A stretch of 64,000 nucleotides of DNA, taken from assembly GCA_963795955.1 (NCBI GenBank), contig CAWCJK010000010.1, positions 37,367-101,366 on the forward strand, given 5' to 3'. Positions within the stretch are counted from its first letter, which is position 1. Each line of letters starts with the position of its first letter. The DNA is from an uncultured Verrucomicrobiae bacterium. Its GTDB lineage: Bacteria; Acidobacteriota; Terriglobia; Terriglobales; Acidobacteriaceae. A program made the position numbers and the translations under genes. Shown here one piece after another: positions 42,728-52,353 of this stretch. The notes under the pieces were generated by a model that searched no databases, was not told the origin of the DNA, and worked only from the letters and a program-made list of their open reading frames with translations.

Positions 42728-43543
42728 ATGAGCCCCTTGGCATCGCTTCGAATCCGCTTCTGCGCTGTCCTGCTCGCCTGCGCCACCGTCGCGATCCCCG
42801 TGAACGCACAACGCAAGGTGTCCCCGTCCGCCGCCTTCCGCGAGGCCCGCACGCTCTACTACACGCCCACAGACCACGGCCTCCAGGGCTTCCAGTGCAA
42901 CGTCTCCTTCGACTGGAAGGGCTTTCTACAGAACGCGAACCCAGGCGCAGCGCCAGACGCACCGCAGCCACTCGCCTACCTCCAAAACATCAAGCTCACC
43001 GTTACCGACGACGTCAACGGCTCCGGCAGCATCCACTGGAACGCGCCCGTTCCACCCAGCGACGTCAACCCGGACTCCATCGCCAAGCTCCACTCCAGCC
43101 TCCAGGCCCTCTGGACCGACTTCTTCGACACCTGGAACGGCCTATACAGCGGCGATCTCCTCTCCCTGAACGACGACAAGACCACGGTCGACCGCACCCC
43201 CTCCGGCTACCACGTCTTCGCCCGGGACAACGGCAGAATCGCCGAAGAAAGCTACACCGGCGACTTCACCCTGCAATCCGTCCACGTCTCTACACCCGGC
43301 CTCGACCGCACCGTCACACCACGCTTCGAGCGCACCCCCAAAGGCCGCCTCATCACCGCCTGGGACAGCACCGTCAAACAGCCCCCAACCGCCCCCGGCA
43401 CCACCGTCAGCACCACCGTCCACTACGCGCCCGTGCAGGGCTTCCAGATCCCATCCGATGTCCGCATGGACGTAGCCGGCACCGCAACGTTCAACTTCCA
43501 GTTGACCGGCTGCAGCGTCAACGCCAAGCCCACGGCCAAGTAA
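42728..43543 (+). CDS. Hypothetical secreted protein (271 aa).
   Basis: Signal peptide 'LRIRFCAVLLACATVAIPVNAQ'. It starts 2 nt after the upstream stop. No family recognised. Confidence 0.55.
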   Translation: MSPLASLRIRFCAVLLACATVAIPVNAQRKVSPSAAFREARTLYYTPTDHGLQGFQCNVSFDWKGFLQNANPGAAPDAPQPLAYLQNIKLTVTDDVNGSGSIHWNAPVPPSDVNPDSIAKLHSSLQALWTDFFDTWNGLYSGDLLSLNDDKTTVDRTPSGYHVFARDNGRIAEESYTGDFTLQSVHVSTPGLDRTVTPRFERTPKGRLITAWDSTVKQPPTAPGTTVSTTVHYAPVQGFQIPSDVRMDVAGTATFNFQLTGCSVNAKPTAK

Positions 43544-43550
43544 AACCTCA

Positions 43551-43934
43551 CTAACTGATCAGGTCATTCGCCAAGTGATCCAGCACCTTGCCCGGATCCG
43601 GCGCAATCCCGGTACGTATCGGCGAAATCTGGATCATCGTGCTGCGCGGCGACGTCAGCCAGTGAAACCGCTCCTTCTGCGTCAACCGCGCAATCGGCCC
43701 AGCCTCCGCATCCCCCGCACAAATCCGCGGAATCGCCTCAAGATGCCGGCGCAACGTAGCCAAATCAGCCTCCGGCCACAGCGCACACACACGCTCCTCG
43801 TTCAGCCGAACACGCGCATCCAGAAACCGCCGCTCCGGCGAAAACACAATCACGCCCGCATTCACAAACTCGTCGCGTTCCACCCGCGGCACCACGCGAA
43901 CCACCGCGTAGCTATACCCCTTCGCCTCGTGCAT
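43551..43934 (-). CDS. DUF3037 domain protein.
   Basis: 'YSYAVVRVVPRVERDEFVNAGVIVFSPERRFLDARV' matches the DUF3037 core. It starts 4 nt after the HipA-like gene's stop. Confidence 0.7.
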   Translation of the reverse strand: MHEAKGYSYAVVRVVPRVERDEFVNAGVIVFSPERRFLDARVRLNEERVCALWPEADLATLRRHLEAIPRICAGDAEAGPIARLTQKERFHWLTSPRSTMIQISPIRTGIAPDPGKVLDHLANDLIS

Positions 43935-43938
43935 CAAG

Positions 43939-44715
43939 TTAGCCTCGTGCATCCGCGATCTCCCGCTCGAAAACATCCGAGTGCCGCAAGCGCTCGGTCA
44001 AGAACCGAAGGTAAGCTTGCCGCCTCGCAGCGGGCTCCGTCTCATCATGCTCGCGCACCAGCCAATCCTCCGGAACCAGCCCCGTAATCCGCTCCAACTC
44101 CGCGCTAGTCAGCACCTCATGCGCAAACCGGCTCGCCGCCGGAACCTCAGTAGCCCAACGCAGCAGAATATGATCCCGAATCGCCGCGAACGGCGAGCCA
44201 ATCTTCTCTTCCGCCCCCGCCCAGTTGTGATGAAAGTACAGCGACGCGCCGTGATCAATCAGCCAAAGCTTCTCGCGGCACACCAGCAGATTCGCATTGC
44301 GCGGCGTACGGTCGACGTTCAGCGTAAACGCATCCAGCCACACCGTCCGCGACGCCGTCTCCGCATCGGCCTTATCCCCGCTCGCCGGATCGAACACCGT
44401 CGCCTCGTGCAGAAACGCCAGCCCTACATTCAGCCCACGTGAAGCCTTGAACAGGTCCTGGATCTCCGGGTCAGGCTCCTGCCGCCCAAACGCCGCGTCC
44501 ATCTCCACAAACACGATCTCGGGCACCGGAAGCCCAAGCGCACGCGCAATCTCGCCGGTGATGATCTCGGCCACCAGCGCCAGCGCACCCTGCCCTGCAC
44601 CGCGCAGCTTCACCACATACAGCTTGCCGTCGTCCGCCTCCACCAGCGCGGGAAGCGACCCGCCCTCGCGCAGCGACGTGATGTACCGGACAGCATTGAC
44701 CGTGCGCAGGCTCAC
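43939..44715 (-). CDS. HipA-like (HipA_C) kinase-fold protein, the usual partner of DUF3037.
   Basis: Intact 258 aa. It shows the conserved genomic pairing with DUF3037 and carries HipA_C-like catalytic-loop residues ('LIDHGASLYFHH'). Confidence 0.6.
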   Translation of the reverse strand: MSLRTVNAVRYITSLREGGSLPALVEADDGKLYVVKLRGAGQGALALVAEIITGEIARALGLPVPEIVFVEMDAAFGRQEPDPEIQDLFKASRGLNVGLAFLHEATVFDPASGDKADAETASRTVWLDAFTLNVDRTPRNANLLVCREKLWLIDHGASLYFHHNWAGAEEKIGSPFAAIRDHILLRWATEVPAASRFAHEVLTSAELERITGLVPEDWLVREHDETEPAARRQAYLRFLTERLRHSDVFEREIADARG

Positions 44716-44746
44716 GCACCCAGTGTAAGGGGCCGAAGCGCGCGCC

Positions 44747-45436
44747 CTACCCCGTCGGCAACAGCCTCTGCTGCTTGCTCTTCAACTCAGACAGCATCTG
44801 CTCGATGCGATCCTCCTGCTCAAGCTCCGTAAACCGCGCCTCCAGCGTATCGCCCGGCATCAGCGCCTTCGCCGCATGGTTACGCGCCTCCGTCGTGCTG
44901 ATCCGCGACTGTATCCGGCTCACCGCCTTTGCATGCAGCATCCCATCCGACCCGTTCTCCGCAGCCGCCTGCGCCTCGGTCGCCTTCGAGATCATCTTCG
45001 CCCGCCGATGCTGCGCGATCAGCAGCTCGCACTTCGCCTCGGTCTCCGCCAGCTTGCCCTGCAGCTTCATATAGGTGCTGCGCAGAGCCTCTGACTCCGC
45101 CGCCTGGTCCGCCACCTGCGCGCGAAACGCCTGCAGCATGTCCTCATGCCGCAGCGCCCGCTCCAGCGCCCCACGTGCAAGCGCATCATCACCCTTGCTC
45201 ACCGCCAGCTCCGCCTTGCGATGCCAGCCCGTCGCCGCATCCTCCTGCTCACGAGCCTTCTTCTCCAGCAGGTGCTGGTCCGCCAGCGCAATCGCCACCT
45301 GCGTCTTCACCTGAAGCAACTGGTTTTCCATATCCAGCACAAGCTGCTTCAGCATCTTCTCCGGATCCTCCGCGCGATCGATCAAGTCGTTCACATTCGC
45401 GCGAAGAAGAGTCGCCACACGTTCCATGAGAGCCAT
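44747..45436 (-). CDS. pspA: PspA/IM30 family protein (phage-shock protein A).
   Basis: 229 aa all-helical, 'MALMERVATLLRANVNDLIDRAEDPEKMLKQLVLDMENQLLQVKTQVAIALADQ...' canonical PspA. Confidence 0.9.
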   Translation of the reverse strand: MALMERVATLLRANVNDLIDRAEDPEKMLKQLVLDMENQLLQVKTQVAIALADQHLLEKKAREQEDAATGWHRKAELAVSKGDDALARGALERALRHEDMLQAFRAQVADQAAESEALRSTYMKLQGKLAETEAKCELLIAQHRRAKMISKATEAQAAAENGSDGMLHAKAVSRIQSRISTTEARNHAAKALMPGDTLEARFTELEQEDRIEQMLSELKSKQQRLLPTG

Positions 45437-45542
45437 AACCTTGCTCCTTCACTGTTTTGCTTCCGGGAACGGTGGGGCTTCAGCCCCACCGTGAAACGCC
45501 TACCCAGAACGCGGCTTTAGCCGCTGAGGTAACTCCTTGCAT

Positions 45543-46998
45543 CTAATTGGCCTTCGGCGGATTCCCATCCAACACCGGCGGCGTGTGCACAGTTCCATCC
45601 GGCCGTGGAGCCATACTCTTCACATTCGTCATCAGGTCGCTCATCTTCATCCCGCTCAGAGCCTCAAACAACGCCGGCACCTGCGCAGCAATCTTGGTGA
45701 TATCGCCCGTCAGCTTGCTCGCGCCCACGCTCTCGCCATCGCCCGTGGACACAATCGTGATCTTGTCCACGTTGCGACAGCGGCTCCGCCATCGCGCGCA
45801 CCACATCCGCCATGTTCGTGATCAGCTTGTCGACCACCGCGGCCTGCGTCCACTCCTGGTAAGCCTCGGCCTTCACGTTCATCGCCTTGGCCTCAGCCTC
45901 ACCCTTCTGGAAGATGATCGCGGCCTCCGCCTCACCTTGCACACGGATCGACTGCGCTCTGCCTTCTGCCTCCGCAACCAGCCGCGCGCGTTCTGCGTTG
46001 GCCATGTTCTCGATGCGCTGCTTCTCAATCTCTGACCGCTTCAGCACCGTTGCAATCAGCTCGCGTTCATTGCGCTGGATCTCGGCCTCCTGGACCTTCA
46101 CCTGCGCTTCTTTCTCAACCTGCTGCACCTTCACCTGCTCGGCGATGACCTTCTGCTGCATCACGTTCGTCTGCAGCTCATAGGCCTTGTCAGCCTGCGC
46201 CTGCTGCCGCCGGCTCTGCTCAGCAAAGGTCGCCTTCTGGATGTCCAGATCGCGCTGTGCCTCAGCCTGCTTCGCCAACGACATCGTCTCCGCCAGCACA
46301 CGTTCCTGATCCGCAGCAGCCTTCGCCACCGCAGCCTCGCGCAGAGCGATGGCCCGCCGGATCGCCGTATCACGCTCGGCCTCTGCGGCCGCAATCTCCG
46401 CGTCGCGCTTGATGCGCGCCACATCCGGTCGCCCCATGTTGGTGATGTACTCGTTCTTGTCCCGAACCTCCTTGATCGTGAACGAGACTACTTCGAGCCC
46501 CATCTTGCTCACGTCCTCCGAGCACGTGGCGCGCATACGCTCGCCGACCATCTCGGGCTCCTTCACAATCTGCTCCACCGTAAGCTGGCCGATGATGCCG
46601 CGCAGATGGCCTTCCATCACCAGCCGGATCAGGCCCTCGCGCTCCGCCGGCGACTTCGACAAAAACTGCTCGGCGGCGGTCATAATGCTCTCGTTATCAG
46701 AGCGAACCTTGATCTGCGCAACGGCCTCTACCGTCACCGCGACACCCTGCCGCGTATACAGATCCTGCTGCGGAGCCACATCAAAGCTCATCAACTCCAG
46801 CGAGAGCTCCTTGGCGTGCTCCACCATGGGGAAGATGAACGTGCCGTGCCCCTTCACAACGCGCTGTCCGCGCATGCCGTACACAATCAGTGCTTCATTC
46901 GGGCCGGCCTTGCGAAACAGCCGCGCCAACATGCCCATCAGAATGAGCGTTGCAAGCACAATGAGCCCGACGACGACGATGATGGTTTGCTGTGGCAT
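45543..46998 (-). pseudogene. Flotillin (SPFH/band-7 domain; YqiK/FloT-like), with one frameshift near 45790.
   Basis: N-terminal TM plus SPFH domain and a long EA-rich coiled coil in 45664..46998. The conserved C-terminal tail ('VDKITIVSTGDGESVGASKLTGDITKIAAQVPALFEALSGMKMSDL') is in ORF 45543..45806. Confidence 0.8.
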
Positions 46999-47100
46999 TG
47001 GGTGCCTCTCTCCAGAAGAGGCCTTACTTTACGTGTGACTACTGCGTTGACTCCCAGGCCGCAACCTCTGTCTTCAGGCGCGGCACACTTGGCGAAAACT

Positions 47101-47754
47101 CTAATCACTCATATCCGTGCTGTGCGGTGTCGGTTCATCTCCCAGCAGCACCTGCTGCATCTCATCCCACCTCCGCACGTACGCCACACCGCGCGCATAC
47201 CGCAGCACCACCACCTCTGCGTTGCGCCCAATCGCCACGCCATCCTCCGCTGTAATCGGCATCGACCTCCGCGCCCCGTTCTGGCTGTACAGCATCTCGC
47301 CCACACCGCCCGGAGGCACCGGCGAACTCACCCGCCCCAGCACGCCGATGATGGGCGTATCCGCCGGCTCCAGCGGATGCTCACGCGGCAGCAGCACCTT
47401 CGCCAGGAACCAGAACACGATCGCCGCCCCCACCGTGCCGCTCACCGCGGACAACAGCGCCACAATCGCCGCCGTAAACACATGGCCGTGCGAGAGGAGA
47501 TATCCTGTGCCCCCGAACCAGCACAGAAACGCCACCACCGTGAACCCGTTGATCGGCGACAGATGACTCGTATGCCCATGTGGCCCGCCCTTCATCACCC
47601 CGTGGCCGTGGCCAGCGTGCGCGCCCAGCTTGAACTGCCCCATATGCAGGTGCAGAAAACCGCCAACAAACGCCACAATGCTCAACACCAGGCCAACGCC
47701 AAAGCACGTCAGGTAGATCGCATCCCAATCCACGTGTGCCAACGCCGAGCTCAT
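47101..47754 (-). CDS. NfeD-family membrane protein (the usual SPFH/flotillin partner).
   Basis: N-terminal TM helices and a C-terminal OB-fold-like beta domain ('VGEMLYSQNGARRSMPITAEDGVAIGRNAEVVVLRYARGVAYVRRW'). It lies immediately upstream of the flotillin gene. Confidence 0.75.
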   Translation of the reverse strand: MSSALAHVDWDAIYLTCFGVGLVLSIVAFVGGFLHLHMGQFKLGAHAGHGHGVMKGGPHGHTSHLSPINGFTVVAFLCWFGGTGYLLSHGHVFTAAIVALLSAVSGTVGAAIVFWFLAKVLLPREHPLEPADTPIIGVLGRVSSPVPPGGVGEMLYSQNGARRSMPITAEDGVAIGRNAEVVVLRYARGVAYVRRWDEMQQVLLGDEPTPHSTDMSD

Positions 47755-48323
47755 ATCCTTGCCCCTCCCCTCGATGGCCGCGCGCTCGCAGGCTCCAGAT
47801 CCTCATCGCTCGCCTGCGCCATCGCCGCCGGGCTCTCATCGTAATCCCGCACCGGCTCCGGCGACCTCAACAAATCAAACAATCGATCCGCCAACTGCGG
47901 CGTCTCCAAAATGCTCTCCAGCAACAGCACGCAGCGCCGCGAGTCCTCATGCTTGGCCACCGTCAGCAGCGCCCGGCAAAGCTCCGGGTCCTTGCGAAAC
48001 CGCTCCGCCCCGCCCACCAGCCACAGGTCCAGCTTGTCCTCGTTCTGCCGCAGGTCGCTCAGCAACTCCGCGTGGTACCCCTCCGGGTCATCGACCAGGT
48101 ACCCCGGATGCACCTTGAAAAACCGCGCCAGCAGCAGTCGCGAGTTGTTGGTCAGGTGCGGCCGCGAGCCCGACTCAATTTGGCTCAAGTAGCTCTGGCT
48201 GAGCGACTCGCCCATCTCCTCTTTCAGCGCCCGAACCAGCTCGCCCTGCGTGAGGGCCCGTCCCAGTCCCCGGAGGCTGCCCTCGACCTCTCTCAAATAC
48301 CGCAACTTGTCACAAAGCTTCAT
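47751..48323 (-). CDS. XRE-family HTH transcriptional regulator with a C-terminal domain of unknown function.
   Basis: 'LGRALTQGELVRALKEEMGESLSQSYLSQIESGSRP' is an HTH_3 domain. The stop overlaps the NfeD start (ATGA). The ATG at 48323 (MKLCDKL) is preferred. The ORF track extends to 48374. Confidence 0.6.
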   Translation of the reverse strand: MKLCDKLRYLREVEGSLRGLGRALTQGELVRALKEEMGESLSQSYLSQIESGSRPHLTNNSRLLLARFFKVHPGYLVDDPEGYHAELLSDLRQNEDKLDLWLVGGAERFRKDPELCRALLTVAKHEDSRRCVLLLESILETPQLADRLFDLLRSPEPVRDYDESPAAMAQASDEDLEPASARPSRGGARI

Positions 48324-48325
48324 GG

Positions 48326-48366
48326 CTATATTGCAATCTGCGATGATCATATTGCGATTTGCGATG
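48326..48366. promoter_or_regulatory. Candidate operator. Clustered palindromes sit immediately upstream of the XRE-NfeD-flotillin operon.
   Basis: 'TATTGCAATCTGCGATGATCATATTGCGATTTGCGATGG' contains the palindrome ATTGCAAT, the palindrome TGATCA, and three direct TTGCGAT/CTGCGAT half-sites. Confidence 0.4.
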
Positions 48367-48413
48367 GCCGTCAAGAGGAATCTCAGCCCCTCCTGAGCGG
48401 CGATCGTCGTGGG

Positions 48414-48998
48414 CTAGCGGCGGTAGCCGCCGCCGCGGTGTTCGCCGGTTTCGAGGTCGATGGTGAAGGGGACCTCGCGGTCGGCGAACATATCCCAGCC
48501 GTCGCCGTGGAGATGGCCGTCGCGGATCTCGTGGAGGGTGACGCCCTCCCAACTTAGGCGGGCGGTTTGCCAGCGGATGCCGTTGCGGTCAACCGCCAGC
48601 ACGGTGTGGAACCCCGCGAGAATGAGCAGGTTTTCCGAGTCGGCCGCGAGAACGGCGGTGACCGGACGCAGCGGGAGGAAATTGCAGATGGCGGGGTCGT
48701 TGGCGTCGATGAGGTAGCCGTAGCCGCCGGCGACGGCCAGCAGTTGATCCGGGTTGGGGCAGGACCAGAGGCCTGTGGGAAGCCCGGGGTCGGTAAAGCC
48801 GAGCGCGCAGGTGGCGAGGAAGGGGCCGCCGGTTGCGGGGCGGACGGTGGCGTAGAGTGCGCCACGCGCGAGCGCATCCTCCTCGCCGGGAACGTTCTGC
48901 GGATAGACGAACTGGCGCGCGGGGGCGATGAGTGGCGGCCGGAGCAAGACGTCGGCGGTCCAGGTGTGCGGAAAGGCGTCGGTGTTTTTGCGGATCAT
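48414..48998 (-). CDS. Hypothetical protein (194 aa).
   Basis: Intact ORF, translationally coupled (ATGA) to the end of the upstream thiL. No family recognised. Confidence 0.5.
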   Translation of the reverse strand: MIRKNTDAFPHTWTADVLLRPPLIAPARQFVYPQNVPGEEDALARGALYATVRPATGGPFLATCALGFTDPGLPTGLWSCPNPDQLLAVAGGYGYLIDANDPAICNFLPLRPVTAVLAADSENLLILAGFHTVLAVDRNGIRWQTARLSWEGVTLHEIRDGHLHGDGWDMFADREVPFTIDLETGEHRGGGYRR

Positions 48999-50074
48999 CG
49001 CAGGTGCTCCCAGCCATGGGGTTTCAGCTCGCCGCGCGTCCCGTCGAGCACGAGCGTGACGACCGGTTGGCCTCGGCGCCGTGGGACGATGCGACCGATC
49101 TCTGTAATCGGCACGGCACCGAGCCGTTTGGGTACACGGGCGTCGGCGGGGGCGGTGAAGAGAAGTTCGTAGTCTTCGCCGCCGTTGAGCGCGAGGCGAA
49201 GCGCCTCTTCGGCACCCAGCTTTGAGGCGAGCCGGTGCAGCGGAAGGCTCGCGGCGTCGATCTCGGCGGCGACACGAGACGCAGCGCAGAGGTGATGGAG
49301 GTCGGTGGAGAGGCCGTCGCTGAGGTCGATCGCCGCGGTGGCCAGATCGCGGCGGAGGAGCGTCTGACCGGCGGCCAGCCGAGGTGCGGGGAACAGGTGG
49401 GGGTTGGGGTTCTCGAACGGCGCCTTCGCGCTTGCGGAGAACGTGGGAGCAGCTTTGCTCTTGGAGTTCGGCTTCGCAGCAAGCGACCTGAGTTCTGCAG
49501 CGGCACCGCCGAGCGCACCGGTGCAGAAGATGCGATCGCCGGCATGTGCTCGGTCGCGCCGGAGAGCACGGCCTTCGGGGCAGGCGCCGAGGAGCACGAT
49601 ATCGGCGAGGATGTGTTGGCCGGGGGCTTCGGAGGTGTCGCCGCCTGCGAGGGGGACTCGGGCCGCGTTGGCGAGGTCCATGAGACCCCTGAAAAACTGA
49701 TCGAGCCAGCCGGTGTCGTCCGCGATGCTTTTCGGCAGCGCCAGTGAAAGAAATGCCGCGGCAGGGCGGGCACCCATGGCGGCGAGATCGCTGAGCCCGC
49801 GGGCGAGGGTCCGGTGACCCACCGAGCGGGGCGGGTGCCAGTCGCGACGGAAGTGCCGGCCTTCAAGCGAGAAATCAGTGGTGACGACCATCTCCTCGCC
49901 GGGCCGGGGGTGGAGGATGGCGCAGTCGTCGCCGATACCCAGCCGTAGCTGGCCGGAGCGGCGGGAACCGGGCGCGGCGAGGTGCCGGATGCGCTCGATC
50001 AGCGCGAGTTCGCCGCTGCCGGAGGCGGGCAGTTTGCGAGCCGCATTGGGTGATTTTCTTGGCATCAACAGCAT
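48995..50074 (-). CDS. thiL: Thiamine-monophosphate kinase ThiL.
   Basis: 'LIERIRHLAAP...LGIGDDCAILHP...VVTTDFSLEGRHF' plus the AIR-synthase-related C-terminal domain. Confidence 0.85.
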   Translation of the reverse strand: MLLMPRKSPNAARKLPASGSGELALIERIRHLAAPGSRRSGQLRLGIGDDCAILHPRPGEEMVVTTDFSLEGRHFRRDWHPPRSVGHRTLARGLSDLAAMGARPAAAFLSLALPKSIADDTGWLDQFFRGLMDLANAARVPLAGGDTSEAPGQHILADIVLLGACPEGRALRRDRAHAGDRIFCTGALGGAAAELRSLAAKPNSKSKAAPTFSASAKAPFENPNPHLFPAPRLAAGQTLLRRDLATAAIDLSDGLSTDLHHLCAASRVAAEIDAASLPLHRLASKLGAEEALRLALNGGEDYELLFTAPADARVPKRLGAVPITEIGRIVPRRRGQPVVTLVLDGTRGELKPHGWEHLR

Positions 50075-50353
50075 GAGTGAAGGCTTGGGGCGGACGTGCA
50101 GGCCGCGTGGAGGGACGACGAGAGCGCGAAGTGCCGCATTTCAACAGGATATCGGCGGGAATGGGGTGCGACTTCATGACCCACAGGTGGGATTGTTGCG
50201 GGTTGTTTGAGCTAAGTAGCTCCGTTACTATGGAGATACGCACCGGTGGGTTGTATTGCGTCCCGCCTGGTAGACCTGAGCCGCCGCGGAATCAAAACTC
50301 TGTGGCTGGAAGTCCCGGCCCACGGCCTCTACGGACCCGATAGAACCTACACC

Positions 50354-51365
50354 ATGCGCAAACGCTACATCGTCTACGTTACGCGAGGGGAGAAGGGCGA
50401 CACCGATCGTGTCTCCATCCCGATGCGCTACGTGTATGTCTTTGTCGCATCGGCGATGGTGGGGTTGTTCACGATTGCCGGGCTGGCGGGGTCTTATGGC
50501 CGCGCGCTGGCGAAGGCTGAATCGGTGAACCGGCTGCGCGACCAGCTTGCGATGAGCCGCAGCGACTACCAGCACCTGGAGCAGAAGGCGCACGAGCGCG
50601 ATGTGCAGGCGGCAAGCCTGGGGTCGCTCGCAAGTGAGGTTTCGGCGATCTATGGGCTGACAGCGGGCAAGGTGACGCTGGTACACGGGCATGCGCTGCG
50701 CGCCGGGAAGTCGGCGGCCGCGGATGCGGCGAAGGCTCCGCTGAAGGACGAGACGGCCTTCAACGACGACAGCTATTACAAGTCGCTGGACACGTTTTAT
50801 GCGCTTGCGCAACACGGCCGAGCATGGGATTACGCCGCCCCCGCCGGGCCTGAACCCGAGCATGGGTGTGGTGGGCGCGCTCGGTGACCTGGCCGCAGGT
50901 GTCGATCTTGGGACGAGCATTACCGGGACGAATGTGCCGGACATGTGGCCGATCATCGGGCCGATCAACTCCGGGTTCGGGCAGCGCGAGGACCCGATCC
51001 TGGGGCTTGGAACGGGTGAGTTCCACAAGGGCATCGATATCGGGTCGCCGGATGGGACGCCTGTGCATGCGCCGGCGGCTGGCCGGGTGGTGAAGGCCGG
51101 GCTGGGCACGGGCTACGGCAACGAGATCGAGATCGACCACGGCAACGGCATCACGACGGTCTATGGGCATCTGCGCGGGTTCAATGTCGCGGTGGGCCAG
51201 GAGGTCGTGAAGGGCGAGATTATTGGCTTTGTGGGTCACACGGGCCGAGTGACCGGGCCCCACCTTCACTACGAGGTGCAGGTGCGCGGGACGGCGGTGA
51301 ATCCGCATAAGTATCTGCGGACGACGATGGCGGAGCTCGGCGGCGGCGGGGCAACGCACTCGTAA
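50354..51365 (+). pseudogene. M23-family peptidoglycan DD-metalloendopeptidase (N-terminal TM plus coiled coil, C-terminal M23), frameshifted near 50800-50890.
   Basis: The N-terminal part is in 50246..50887. The M23 core 'GIDIGSPDGTPVHAPAAGRVVKAGLGTGYGNEIEIDHGNGITTVYGHL...GHTGRVTGPHLHYEV' is in 50799..51365. Confidence 0.75.
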
Positions 51366-51447
51366 GGCGCCGGATTTGCGAAAGATCGGTTGACTCGGTG
51401 CTCTGGGCGGCGGAAACTGGTCGCCGTATTCGACACGGAGGACAGCG

Positions 51448-52275
51448 ATGTCGACCACCTCCGGGCCCCCGATAGAAAAAATTAAAGAATCCATGCGCGC
51501 GGCCTGGATGGCGGGCGACTTTGGCGTGGTCGCGAAGACGATCTCGGGCGGCGCGGAGGCGTTTGTGGCGCAGCTGCCGATCGCGCCCGGAGCGCGGGTG
51601 CTGGATGTGGCCTGCGGCACCGGGAATTCCGCGATTCCGCTGGCAAAGCGCGGGGCGCAGGTTACCGGGGTCGATATAGCTAGCAATCTGCTGGAGCAGG
51701 CTCGCCAACGGGCTGCGGCCGAGGGCGTGTCGGTCACGTTTGACGAAGGCGATGCGGAGGATCTGCCGTATCCGGATGCGAGCTTTGACGTTGCGGTGAC
51801 TATGTTTGGGGCGATGTTTGCGCCTCGGCCGGAGCGCGTCGCTTCGGAGTTCGCGCGGGTGTTGAAGCCCGGCGGTCTGCTGGCGATGGCGAACTGGAAC
51901 CCGGGGAGCTTTACAGGGCAGATGTTCAGGGTGAGTAGCACGCATGCGGCGCCAGCACCTGGCGTTCCGCCACCTGTGTTGTGGGGTGATGAGGCTACCG
52001 TGCGCGAGCGGCTCGGGCCTTACTTTGAGCAGATTGAGACCACGATCACCCCTGTGGATTTCGATCTGCCGACGAGTCCTGCGGGAGCGGTGACGTTCTT
52101 TCGGACGTACTTTGGGCCGACGCACGTCGCGTTCAGCCGGCTCGAGCCAGACGGGCAGCGGGCGTTCGCTCAGGCGCTGGAAGCGCTGTGGGCTGCGGCG
52201 AATGTCGCACCGGACCCGGAGGCTCATACGGTGATCCGGAATGAGTATCTGAGGGTGACGGCCCGGCGGAAGTAG
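51448..52275 (+). CDS. Class I SAM-dependent methyltransferase (Methyltransf_11/25).
   Basis: 'VLDVACGTGNSAIPLAKRGAQVTGVDIASNLL...' motif I and a downstream 'VLKPGGLLAMANW'. Confidence 0.8.
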   Translation: MSTTSGPPIEKIKESMRAAWMAGDFGVVAKTISGGAEAFVAQLPIAPGARVLDVACGTGNSAIPLAKRGAQVTGVDIASNLLEQARQRAAAEGVSVTFDEGDAEDLPYPDASFDVAVTMFGAMFAPRPERVASEFARVLKPGGLLAMANWNPGSFTGQMFRVSSTHAAPAPGVPPPVLWGDEATVRERLGPYFEQIETTITPVDFDLPTSPAGAVTFFRTYFGPTHVAFSRLEPDGQRAFAQALEALWAAANVAPDPEAHTVIRNEYLRVTARRK

Positions 52276-52353
52276 ATGCGACCTCAGCGCGCGGAGAGAC
52301 CCTCGCATTTCGCTCGCGAAGCCACAAACGCCCGCAGTGCCACAAACCAGACC

